Source: Strigamia acuminata (lineage: Eukaryota). Taken from it: a stretch of 64,000 bases of DNA. Of this stretch, positions 1 through 12,511 are shown piece after piece. The stretch spans positions 12,524,001 to 12,588,000 of the forward strand of contig OX442314.1 in the NCBI GenBank assembly GCA_949358305.1. Direction: 5' to 3'. Both the position numbers and the translations under genes were made by a program. The notes under the pieces were generated by a model, which searched no databases, was not told the origin of the DNA, and saw only the letters and a list, made by a program, of their open reading frames with translations. How positions within the stretch are numbered: position 1 is the first letter of the stretch; every line of letters begins with the position of its first letter.

Positions 1-3000
1 TACTGAATTATTAAAACACTTGAAGGAGATACGGATCTCATCATTCTGAATCTGATTTATGGTTTTTTCATGAGTTATGAATAGAGTGGTTATTGATCAT
101 TTTTATGAAGAATTCGTGAGTTGGGGATAAATGATCAAACATGTCGTGATCATAAAATGCGACTAAATAGACAATAAAAGTGGGGTAAAGTTGATTAAGG
201 GCATTAAAAATGGCTTATGTTTGATGAAGAGTGCTTTCTAACGGTACATATATATATCATAATCGTCTTTTTATGTTGTGATAATAATATTATCATTTGA
301 GGTTTACATTTAAATTTGGGATGATGGATGAAAAATGATTTTTACGACAAAGTGACACTGTGTGGGTTGGTTTTTTTGTGTCTGGTTTTGGCAGTTGTTT
401 ACTGATATTTAAATTTGAAAGTTTTACTTTGGAAATGTTATTCTATCTGCGAGTAAAATCTTCACTGAAGGCAATGAATTGCAAGTTTGTAGTGACATTG
501 ACCAATGGGGAGATAGAGAAAAAGAAAATGAAAAAGAAATTCCTGTGAGAGATCTGGAGAAAACAGGGTGACATCATTCAATTTTCAAGGAGATCAAGAA
601 TTGGCCGACAGAAATTTTCATATTTGATTTTTACTTTATTTTTGATATTTTTTTGTTGTCATAGGAAATGTGCGATACAAAATGGTGACGAGTTCTTATG
701 TCAATTGTTTGAGTGCTTTTTTGGTTGCCCACTTTAAAGGTTTCCACAATTTCGAGGTGCAGAAAGTAAGTTTTTACAAATTTAAATATATCGCCAGCAG
801 GATTTAAGTATAAGCAAAATAAGCAGTTGCTTAGGGGCCCACCCACCGGTGGCTCCGGAATTCTATTGATAAAGTTATAACCGAACATTTGCATTTAGCA
901 AATGTCCGACTTCTTTTAATAAAGCATATATTTTCATAGAATAAAAGTCTGAGTCATTCAACATAAGTTACGTAATTTTTTATATTTTTTAAAATTAAAT
1001 TTTTTTTGGGAGGGGCTAAAATATTTTGTGCTTAGGGGCGGGCCCCTCAATACCTAAATCCGGCCTTGGTTGGGTTGTATCGCAAACATAATTTAATCTT
1101 TAAATTCGAATTATTGAATTAAAAATTGAATGTTTGAAATCTGTTTTCAAACATGTAATTTCGCTGCCGATAAATTAATGAGATTCTCGCGTGCACCAAA
1201 CCGATTTACGAATTTTGATTCAATATTTATTTTTTTCTTCAAATGACTTTGATTGAAATAAACGTCAATTAATTTTAATTTCGATTTGTTTTGAGTGATA
1301 AAAGATAAAAAAAAAATCGATCGGAAAGAGAATTATTTTAGTTGGAAATAGCAATCAATGGAAAGTTGTTGATTGAATTTTCCGATCCAGTTGTAATGAT
1401 GTTGCCCGGCAATGGAAAACCTAAAGAGGAATTGAATGGATTGACTTCACCTCCGGGTGATTAAAATGGCGTTGAAGTGTAATTAAGGAGTGTAGAAGCA
1501 CTTAAACATGTCGCCTAAAGTCTGTTACAGGTGAAGCATGTTTTTATTTTTTATTTTTAACTTGTTTTTAAACCTTTGGTTGTCAAAAGTCAAACGTGTT
1601 TGCCTCTCGCTTGGGATGAGGCTACACTACAGTGTTATTAAAGCGTAAAATCTGATTAAGTTTAAAAGGATTTTTCAAGAAGATGAAAAAATCTATTTCC
1701 GGGCTGATGGATGTTTGATGTTGGATTTTTGCAATTTTTGAATTTAAATTTCTTACAAGATTAAAGTGGCCAACGATGGAATAAAGTGAACTTTTTATTT
1801 ATTTATTTATTTACTTTTTTTATTCGAGTAAACAATAGTTTTGTAGTGTACACACAAATGCCATCTATTCACATGTGAATTCATTTCAAGCCAATAAAAC
1901 GTAAAGCTGCTCGTTTTCTCGAGCGAAAAGGCAAGAAAAGTGGAAAAAAGAATGGTAAAAGTCCGTCTTTTTTTCTCTCTCTCCACCTCTTGTCTTCATT
2001 GTGCAAACTAATGGAATTGATTCGAGTGGAAAGAAAGTTTTAAATCAGTTTTTACGCTTCAATATTACACGCTGCATAAAGTGGCTTAGAATTAAAAAAT
2101 AAAACGGTTTAATTTATGAATTGATTCCCACGCGATACCCATACTAGTCAAATCCATATATCCTCATACTCCTGTGAAATCGGATAAAATTAAAATATTT
2201 GGATTGACCTCAAATTAAATCTAGTTTTAATTAAACCTTGACATTTTTAAGCAGTTAAATAGATACATCTGAAGAAAGTACACACAAAATTTCATGCCAA
2301 TCGGGTTTAAAATAATAAAAATAGAAGCATATTTGTAAGGTTTGGGGTTTTATCATTTATTATTATTAATTATGTAATGTTTTATTTAATATTTGTTAGT
2401 CACAGTATCATAGTGTTAAGTTTATGTTATCTGAACAGTGCTTATTTTTAGTTACAGTGTGTTATGTCATGTGCGTCATTTTTATGTGCCATAGTATTGT
2501 TCTTTTGTTATATTAGTTTTCCTTTTAAATCAAAACATTAAGTTTGTATCAGTTGCTGCTTGCTTTCAAAGAGTAAAAACATCAAAAACACTTTGTGCCC
2601 AAAAGAGAATACATTTATTTCTCCGTTGGTTTTCACTAACCACACGAACCCACCGAGAGCAGTACCGGATCATCACATATTTCAAAATAACATTTGATTC
2701 ATATATCCTCATACCAGCAAACCCCCTCCCCCCATTAAGGCGTTACGTAATTTATGGACGGCCCCTAGGTAGTTTCATTTGTATAGATAATAAAATTCGT
2801 GTTCTGAACGACGAGTCTATAATCACATCTAACTAAGCTTGGGTACTGCATTGAAAATGCTAAAGATTTGAGGATTTGATGCGATGATTGGCTTTTCCCG
2901 TACTGTTTTCATTTTTGTTCGCAATTTCGATTTGCCGCGATCAAGGAGAAATTAGATGGGAGGAATTTCTAAGTTATTATGGGATCAAAGGATAGGAAAA

Positions 3001-5512
3001 AAGAGGCTTTGGTAAAGGGATGCTTAGAGAGACAGAAGAGAATAGGAGTTTTATATTTTGAGCTGCAGCCGCTCAAGATTTTCTTTGTAACGATCCTGCA
3101 GGGATTTACAAGCTGGGAACGTTATATAGATGGATATTTTTCGTGAAGGAAAAACTTCTTTTGTGGCTTGTAATTGGAATTTAAGATGATTTTTTTTCCT
3201 TAAGGAATTTCAAACAATAAGTATAGACTTTTTTTATTTATTATAAAATTTGACATTTTTTTTTAACTATTATTTTTTTAATGAAATGGACGGGGAAACG
3301 GTAATTTTATATCTATTCACATGATTGATGATATTTGGGCGAGTTTTGAACAAAAACTTTGTACCGATATATACATATATATTATTTATATGGATAAAAA
3401 ATGCTCCAATGCATGACGCTAATGAAATTTCCCGTCTTGGCTTGAAGAAAGAAAAAAATTCGTTTTGTTTTTATTTTGTGGCATTTTTGCATTGAATGTA
3501 TCCGCAATTGCGCATATGAAACTAAAAATTGATTTAAATTTATATTTTTTGTTCCCATTTGTAAAATTCGAGGCAAATTTCTGATTTTAATATTTAATAA
3601 GTGAATTTATTTTAATTTGATTAAAAGTGTTAATTTTTGAGAGCTACGTGAGATGAAATTGCTTGCAACTGATCTAATGGGCGGCTTCTCTGCGGTACAG
3701 TTTTTGCATTTATTTTAAAATCCGTGGAAATGCGGCTTCTCTGCGGGGCGCCGTGAGGGAAAGAAACCACGGCGGTGTTTGCTGGGACGGGTTTAATGGG
3801 CTTGTTATTAAATTATTTGGAAATATGCCCAGATTTCATTGTGTGCTTATTTTTTTAAGGACCACTTTTGTCACAAGGGACGCAGTTTTGTTTATATTTT
3901 TCACGGAGACTTGTTTGAAACCATTTTCTTGATTTGAATTTTTTTATTTTTTAGATTGAATTTTGGTTATTTGCCAAGAAATAGTCACTCGTCGAATCGA
4001 CGTTGTTGTTGTTGTAAAGTTGTTGCTAAGGTTGTGTTTTATAATTCCCAACATGGGGAATGAATTGGACTTGGTCGTTTCTATTGTGCGGTTGCAATCT
4101 TAACCCCCTCACAGCCTTTATTGTCTGTCCCTACAGAAAAGATTTATTGAAAGGATTGTACTTGTTTGAAGAGTGGAAGAATGCGAGTTCTTGACCTTGT
4201 ACGAAGAATCGAGCTTTGATACTTTGCTCAAGAGAAACAGCAGCGCCCGTATGTTGCAATTCAATAAAAATCAATTTGAGCTTCTCTTAAGGACTTTTAT
4301 TGATTGTTTGGTAGTGGTAGTTAGAGAAGTTGAGAAAAAAACTTTTTGTTGTTGTTTTGAAAATAGGGGTTTGTTCCCGGGAAACCGACCGAAAAATTAA
4401 GGTATCGAAAACTGAAAAATTGGGAATAAAAGTTGTATCGTAGTCTTTGAGTCATGGCGACGTTATAATTTGTTACATATTCTAACATTGAAATGGCGAA
4501 TTTGGTCTATCTGAAACGATGCAAAATCTATCAATAGACGTTTAAAAATGTCTAAAATGATGCAAGGCCCATCAATAGACGTCTAAAAATGTCCAAAATG
4601 ATGAAACATAGATAGATAGAAAAGAAAGACGTCTAAAATGATGGAACATAAATAAGAAGTAGTCTAAAATGACTAGGGATTGCAGTACAGGTTTCAGTAT
4701 CGGTTCCAATACTGGTATTGGTACCGGGATTCAGTACCAGTCTTGGTATTGAAGTTTTTTTCTGTCGGTGCTGAGGGCCGGTATTAGTACCGTAAGCTTT
4801 TCTTGGTTAGGTTAGTTAATGAAAAACATCGAAAATAATTTTAGTACCGATAGACTGATTTACCGAGAGCACTGGACTTTTCGGTCCCGACAACATGGAA
4901 GTAAGAAACCCTATTTGCAAATAAACACGAGTTTTTGCTTTTTTTGATGGTTTTAATGAGGATTTTCATTCCATTTAGATTTATTGTGCCTGTGTGTTTG
5001 ATGAATGTTAAAATTAGCTTAGAGAGTAAAATACCGGGATAGCAACCGTAATTCAATTTTGTATTTTTTTGTTATCATTTTTTGTTTTGTTTTTAAACTT
5101 GACTTGTTCTTCTATTTTTTTTCTTCATTGTTTTGTGGAACTGATGGAGCACGGCCAACAAACTCGCAGTTCTCCCCAAGGCAGCGAGGCGTTAATTCGA
5201 CATGGGACCTTGACGCGTGCTTTTCTCGGTAGTAATTTGCCAACATATTTACCGCACATATATATTTCTCACCTAAAAATAACCCCTGGATCTTTATACA
5301 ACATAATTGGCCACAGAAATCACTTCTAACAGCTCGTTAATCAAGAAATTAATTAAAACATCGCGTCTAGTGTGTAGACTGGACATGACATCGGCACCTC
5401 ATTGTGACCACTACTAATAGAAGTGAAAACCGAGAAATAAATAACAAAAATAGGACAAATTAAGTTAGTTGAAATAATTAACTAATTTATTATTTAAAAA
5501 AAATGAATTTTA

Positions 5513-5889
5513 CTATACTCCTAACTCTCATTGATTGAGCCGGATTACGCCTAACTGTGGACTGTGCTCTACTACGCGGAAAAGTAGTTTTGTTTATTTT
5601 CAATGAATTCCAGTGTAAAAAGTGATTAGAATGGTGGATTTTATTATTTGGTAAAAAATATTTATTTCATTTGCTAAAATAAGCCTTTCCCCCTTTTAAT
5701 CAATCTAACAATGTTAGCATAGTTTGTTGGTTTCTTTTGGCAGGTAAACAAAGGTTTAGTTTTTTATTGGTTGTTTTGCCTAGTTAGATTACAATTCTGG
5801 TGTAATGGGCTACTTTTTTGTGCCACTACACCAGTGATACGGCTCAACCAATTGGAGTTAAGACAATGTTGTATCGGTTTGGAGTATAG
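5513..5889. mobile_element. MITE with CTATACTC...GAGTATAG termini
   Basis: TA-flanked TIR; related sequence at 14580-14704 and 23767-24200. Confidence 0.65.
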
Positions 5890-7500
5890 TAGAAAAATAA
5901 ATTAAAATAAGTTTGGTACTGTATAGTTTGTCCATGAAATTGGACGAGCAACTCGCTTTGCTTCCATTTTATTTCCATGTCGAATTCATTCATCCTTTCA
6001 AAGCCCGTCGTCATTGCATTCCATTAAGAAAATGTCAACTGCTTGTGACAAGTATTAGTGAACATGGGCTCTTCACATTAATGGGGAATGAAAGAGGATG
6101 GTGGGGGTAAAGATGACATCAAAAAAAAGTTGGAATCTGTCATTTGCAGGGGCGCAATAAAAATAATGTTAAGTGGCAAATGACTAATTGTCTTGTCTTG
6201 AAGACCTTTATAGAAATCAAAACAAAATGGATGGAAGATAACATTTTAAAAAATATATAATAAATTCGTTTTTATTAAAATGTTTAGAAATGATAACAGT
6301 TTTTTTATACATGCACACAACGTTGCATTTTTATTAAATTTTCTTTTTCTATTTTTTTTTTTAAATTTTATTTTTTAATTAAAATGTGTAAAATAACGTG
6401 GAAGGGAGAATTCATGCGAGACGTTTTACAAAATTAGAATTAAAATGCAAAATAAAAGTCATATTCTTTTACTCTATGGAATGTGAAAGTGTAAAAACGA
6501 GGTTAAAAAGAATGATAATTAGCTGTGTGTAAGCATAATGGAATTTAGACTAAAACTCAAATGAGGTACGTGAAGAACGGTTCAAAAATACATTGAAATT
6601 ATATTGCAATGTAATTTAAAATGCATTGGGTTTCATGAGGATGCATTTTGTAATACATTTTTGCGGGAATTGATAATAAGTGCTCAATAATGAAGCTCGT
6701 AAAAATGGACAATAGCTGGTTAAGCCAAGCTCTACCTGGAAATAATCCCCGGTTGAATAACCGCGCAGGCGCAATCAGCAAACTTGAATAGCCGCGCAAA
6801 AAGCTAAGTAAGTTTGAATAAATGCTGCTATTTGGTTTGCAAATAATATAGATTTCTGTACTTAATTCTGCGAAACGTTACATATTTTAGAATGCAATTA
6901 TTTTGTACAATTTTTTTGGTGTGATATTTTTAATTTTGTTCATTTTTGTGGAAGAAAATCTACTTTGATTATTTTTAGCATCCATTTTTTTGTTTGTGTT
7001 GTGCTTAGGTGGCATTTGTGAACGCTTAATTTGATTTTTTTCTATTTTTCAATTGAAACTTACAACAGCACTCAGACCACACCTCATTTAACTCGATTGC
7101 AGTTGAGCAAACAGCGTTGCAATCACATTCTTCGAGCATTTCAACAAAGTTTCGACGAATTAGTTACAGCGTCTCAGGTACTGTAAAGAATTGATTTGTT
7201 GGAAATTTCATATTTTAAAAGCTTCGCGCAACTTTAAAGTTAATGGAAAACTTGTGTTTTTACGATGAATTCATGCGGTTGGCATGATTTGAGCTATTTT
7301 AATCTAAGTGCAGATTGATTATCGAAACATTCAGGCAGCTTGGGCGGTTGGAATTTGTTTTCAAAGGAAAATAGGAAATTCTGTTCTACTTGTTGGTAGT
7401 CTTGTCGGTTTAAGAGGCTGGAAAGATATCAAGCTTGGCTTAGAAGGGAGAAATTTTTGAAATGTTGGGATTGCCAGAGACTTTATTAGTTATAATCCTG

Positions 7501-7660
7501 TTGTTTGTAATGAAACAAATTAAATTTCATCTAAACCTTGCACAATAAGGTGTTTGCACTATCCCCTCGAGGCGAACCTGATTAAAACTATCTGCATGGT
7601 TGACCCACGACACACCCAGTGAAGTCAGACTTGTCCTGTTACAGCCAATTAAACTAGCTT
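7501..7660 (+). repeat. Dispersed divergent element, copy 1 of 3
   Basis: Shared ordered blocks TAATGAAACAAATTAAATT, TTGCAC, CGAGGC, CTGATTAAAAC and GGTTGACC. Confidence 0.8.
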
Positions 7661-9264
7661 GCTGCCGCCATGCAAATCCCATCCGGTGCACATTTCAAGA
7701 TACTGGTAATAAGCGTTCATTGTTACACAAATATGATGAACATTGTAAGTGTTGACTCAGAGGGGAAAAATTGTAAATGAACGGCGAATAGATTAATGTA
7801 AAACAATACAACTCCAGTATGAGCCATTTATTTGGATTAACTTATTATTTTAATGATGAAATTAGATCACTTATCTCTGAACTTCACAACACTTCAGCCA
7901 AATCAGTCAAATTACTATATTGACTTTTTATGCTAAATGACTTACAACCCCATGCTGCCAGGTTCAAGTTGGCACCTGGATCTGTGTAAGCGGGGCTCAC
8001 CAATAAGAGCCGGCCCCGATTAAGCGCCGGGGTTTCCAAGTTACCTAAAAAACCCGTTTTTTTGGAAAAATAGGTAATGTTTCGCACAGTCGTGAATAAG
8101 CGCCGGGCTTCAAATAGGATCCGGGCGAGCCGATAAGAAAGTATTAAACGACCCGGCGTTGAAACGATATTTGAATTACAGATAATTCAGATAATGATAA
8201 GTTCAATTTGGATTTTAACTTTGATTGCATCTATTTACGGCCTGGACCGGACAGTTCTGATCCAGACAGCTGACACAGCATACAGACAGGTTTGCTGTAC
8301 CCAACAATGTTAAATTCCCTCTCCCATCCAGACAGTCTGGGACTCTTTCTATGTTTGGGCTGGGCCATACAGAGTAAACTGTACTAGTGGTTCTCGAAGG
8401 TCCACCATTTTATCGTTGAAACGCAAAGATTAGATAAACGAACAACCACATGTCTATTTACGTACTACTCAGATGTTTCTGCACCTAGGGAAAGTAATTA
8501 AGGATTATAGAGACTTAGTAGAGCAATGTTAGGTTACCGGCCCGTAATGCTTTAGGAGAAAATATGATAAGGGTCTATCGGTAACTTATTGGGATGAAAA
8601 ATACTCATCCGTTGCATTACTTAGTTTGTGAAGCGTTGGCTTATATGGAAATCACTCTTCCGCTCGTCAAAATCCTGGAAATTGAAGGAAATGTGTGGAA
8701 TCTTTGACATTTTGTTTTAAATTTTCAATCAAGAGTTCTTCTGAATCAATAATTTTCCTCCATAATTTTGAAATCGATTTACGATTAAAGCATTTCAGAT
8801 TGGCATAAGAAGACAAGATTTTCATGTGATGATTGCATTAGGTTTGAATCGGTTTGGGAAACCAACCGACGCCTATGATGGAACGAAGAGAGAGACACAG
8901 CTGTTACGAACATCTTGCATTGCTAATTTTCTTCTAACCGTGGTGCTTCATTTCCATTCTCAACTTAATGAATATCACTTCTGGTTTCTCTGCCATTTAT
9001 CTGTGTTCATTGCAAAGTTATTTTAAAATACCGTAAATTTTATAATTGCGGCCTGAGCACCGGCTCAATTTATTAAGAAAAAAAATAATCTCTGCTCTAT
9101 TATCACTTTGCACATTTATAAAGTAATTTAGACTAAACGGCATTTTAAACAACATATTTAAACTGCTTGTCTTGATCTAACTCCAAAAAACGGAGACCTA
9201 ATTTAGTCTGTTTTTAGTTGCACTGGGCATGCGCACAACATTTAAACAACAAACATGTTTAAAC

Positions 9265-9776
9265 ACAGACCTAAATATGCTGACTGTGAACTGAGGGATT
9301 GTGGGTAAGAAGCGTGTGCTTACAGGTAGCGGCAACAGTAAATTCTTTTTCACTTCCTGTCAATGTTATGTCTGCCTGAAATCTGCACACAAACACAATT
9401 TCCGAATAATGGTTAGCAAATGTTGCGTGATTTTGATTTGTGAGACGTCACAATCCAGACGTATTTATTTAAATTTAACTTAAAAAAAATGCAAAAAATA
9501 AAGGGAAAAACGAGTAGAAACGAGAAAAAACGAGAAAATAAGGGAATAACGAGAAAAAAAACGAGAAAATGAGGGAATAACGAGAGAAAAACGGAAAAAA
9601 CGATAAAATGAGGGAATAACGAGAGAAAAACGGAAAATAGGATTGAAATTTGTGGAGTAAAAAGCCAAACTGGAAGTTGGAGAGCATTCATGACGTCACT
9701 TCATCCCAACAATGCCGCCTCCTCTCACAAGCTGGGTGCCTTTTGCAGTGCGCAGTCCAGTAGTATTTAGGTCTGT
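9265..9776. mobile_element. MITE-like element with an internal purine-rich minisatellite
   Basis: ACAGACCTAAATA...TATTTAGGTCTGT inverted ends; AAAATGAGGGAATAACGAG repeats at about 9500-9640. Confidence 0.6.
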
Positions 9777-9916
9777 AGTTTAACTACAATTTAATGACTT
9801 TTCGAATGCGCCTAATGTGGTTTTTACAGGCGAATATCATCAGGATGTGCGTATTACGTCATCCTGAATCACATGAGGTTATTTGAGACATTTTGGATTA
9901 TGTTTTTGATCTTGAC

Positions 9917-11196
9917 CAGTGTTGGGCCCGCTAACCAAATTTCGCTATCGCTACTTTAGCGAAGCTATCGCTATTTTAGCGAAAGAAAAAATCGCTACTT
10001 TCATAAAATTAGCGATTTTTTTTTAGCGAAGCTAACAAAAAATGATAAATTAGCGAGAAAATCAGCGAAAATTTCGCTGATTGTCTCGCTAATTAATACG
10101 TTTTCACGACGTAAACTCAAAAACGAAAAAATGTCAACCTACCGTTCCCGTCCGGTATCTTGATGCTAAATTCGTACTGTGCACCCCATTCTGTGCAGAA
10201 GATTTTCAAATTCCAGTTGTTATTTAGCAGTATTAAGCCTAATATTTGGCTTAATGCTGCTAAAATAAAGTAAATAAACAACAATAAACTCATCATTAAA
10301 AGTAATTTACAGCGTAGTACCAAAATATTTTTGTTCATTGACTTTAGTTTTGCATTATTAGGTTGTATTATACAGTATATAAAATGTTTGGTTTAATACT
10401 GCTAAATAACAACTGGAATAAGCAAATTGTCTGCGCAGAATTAGATGTGCATTACAATTTTAGCTGCAAGATACCGGGCGGGAACTATACTGTAGGTGAT
10501 GATACGGAGGAAAACGAATTCTGTTTAGATGAACCCGTGTTTTTTAATGGACACCAAAATGTTCGCCCGATACGAATTTTGATGTTTTCGGTACTAAAAA
10601 GGGATTTAAAAATTCTGAAACCAGGCTCATTCGATTGGAAATTGCATTCTGCACGAGCCTGTATATTTTTTCTTTTGATTCGGTAAAGAAAAAGTACTTT
10701 TTTTACGATTGTAACCAGCGACCGCATGGCAAATGTAGTGGGAAATTCGAATTCGACCATAAAAAAACCAAAAATATGAAAAATGAACCGATTAGAATAT
10801 TTAAAATATGTTTCCTGTGCAGAATTTGCCGCTCTTTCAAAGGGTGCCAATAATTTTTTGACCTGAACTTTAGGTTTTTTTTTAATTACTAAAAAACGAT
10901 CTGTCAATTACAGATTTCAGATTACAGATTTCGCAGGGATACAGCATAAAATCCTTACTTGTTTAATTGTCTGTAATAGGGAAAAAAAACAAGAAATAAA
11001 AGAATAAAAAAAAATTAATTTATTTTATATAGTTAGCGAAAAACTAGCGAAATATTAGCGATAAAATAGCTAAAATTAGCGATTTTTTAGCTAACTATTA
11101 CCAGTTAGCGATAGCGACAATTAGCGAAATGTAAATTTTGGGGAAAAAGCGAAATTTTAGCGAAGCTATTCTTGTTGGTTAGCGATCCCAACACTG
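9917..11196. mobile_element. hAT-type non-autonomous element
   Basis: TIR CAGTGTTGGG...CCCAACACTG, 8-bp TSD ATCTTGAC (9909-9916 and 11197-11204), TAGCGA subterminal repeats at both ends. Confidence 0.9.
10142..10487. mobile_element. Tc1/mariner-type MITE nested in the hAT element (same family as 35424-46910)
   Basis: Long imperfect TIR CCGGTATCTTGATGCTAAA.../...TTTAGCTGCAAGATACCGG, flanked by TA. Confidence 0.8.
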
Positions 11197-11755
11197 ATCT
11201 TGACATTAGCGTAAATCATGGCATGACAGCTCTTGATCCCGAGGGAAACATCCAACATCGATCAGGGACACGAGGAGATGGATGGAACTGCAAAACAGAA
11301 CATACCATCACATCAAACATCAATACGTCACGTGCGCGGAGATGTAACTACATTTATTTTTTTTCGGAAAACGATGATGATTTCTTCGGTTTCGTCCAAA
11401 ATGCCCGAACTTAACCGATGTTTTGTTTGCACTCGTGGTATTACGAATCATAATTTACTGCTGCGCAATACTTTTTGAAAAAATGATGTCTCAAATCATC
11501 GGTAGATGGTGACACCCAAACTACGAACTTTTTTGGCGCCTGTTTTCTTTGTGGCTTAACTGCACATCACTGTTGCAAAACTCTCACCATGCGGCGTTGT
11601 TTAAACTGACGTCATCATTTGATGCTTTCTTCGTTTCTCCAAGAGAGTGCATTTCCCGTTCTTTGGTTCGATTCAAGCGCACATGTTGATCATCCGTCGA
11701 TCGAATTAAGTTTTATTTTTAATTTTTAATTTTTTTTTTATTTGAAAGAAAAATA

Positions 11756-12511
11756 ATGGAGGAAGAATTGAAATGCCCCGTGTGCAAACAACTGTACGAC
11801 AATCCGGTTTTATTGCCATGCTATCATTCACTTTGCTTGAATTGTGCCGTCGAAAATCAACAGCAGGCGACCAAGACCCAACCACGATCCGAAGAAAGTC
11901 TAACTAGCAACATTAGTGAAGTGAGTTCGGATAATCCGGACATGGATAAAGTGAGCATTCTCAGTGAAACTGACAGTGGAGTTATGTGCATAAGTCGTCC
12001 GGGAAGCTGCGGTGATGCGCGAATCGTTGCATTCCCGCCTCTGCAGAGCAATTCTCTTTCTCTCACCTGTACAGTTTGCAATAAAATCGTGTACTTCGAC
12101 GACAACGGGGCAAATAATCTACCGAAGAATAAAGCCATGAAAAATATAGTGGACAAATACGGCGAGACAAAAATGTGGACGAATAAATGCCAGTTGTGCG
12201 AATCGGAACCGAAAGAAGCAACCGTCAAGTGCGAACAGTGCGAGGTTTTCTACTGCGATTCGTGCCGAGAGGGTTGTCATCCGTCGCGCGGTCCCTTAGC
12301 CAAACACAACTTGCTGCCCACGCAGCAGAGCAAGGCAGTGGAGCCCGTCAAAAGCAGGGGAAGCGATTCCAAGTGTGTCGATCACGGCGAAGATTCAATC
12401 TCCATGTATTGCATGGTGTGCGAGACTCCGCTGTGTTCATCGTGCATACAAGACGGACGACACCTCACTCACGATGTGCAAGCCATCAATACCATCTGTA
12501 AGGCTCAGAAG
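11756..12511 (+). CDS. TRIM9: TRIM9-like E3 ubiquitin ligase, coding exon 1 (split RING, B-box1, B-box2)
   Basis: Begins MEEELKCPVC...PCYHSLCLNC, with a RING loop containing SETDSGV and then CTVC. B-boxes CQLCE..CEQCEVFYCDSC..CHP and CVDH..YCMVC..C..C..H..H. Ends AAG|gttagt after 252 codons (phase 0). Confidence 0.93.

Noticed and set aside
2735..2766. Single MITE-like terminus (TTACGTAATTTATGGACGGCCCCT)
   Set aside because: No partner end was found in the window, so the element cannot be delimited.
4674..5050. Possible hAT element with a TAGGGATTGCA start and GTACC repeats
   Set aside because: The right TIR is poor and no matching 8-bp TSD was found. It is probably a relic, but I cannot delimit it.
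9413..9691. Phe-rich ORFs in three frames
   Set aside because: Translation of a purine-rich minisatellite.
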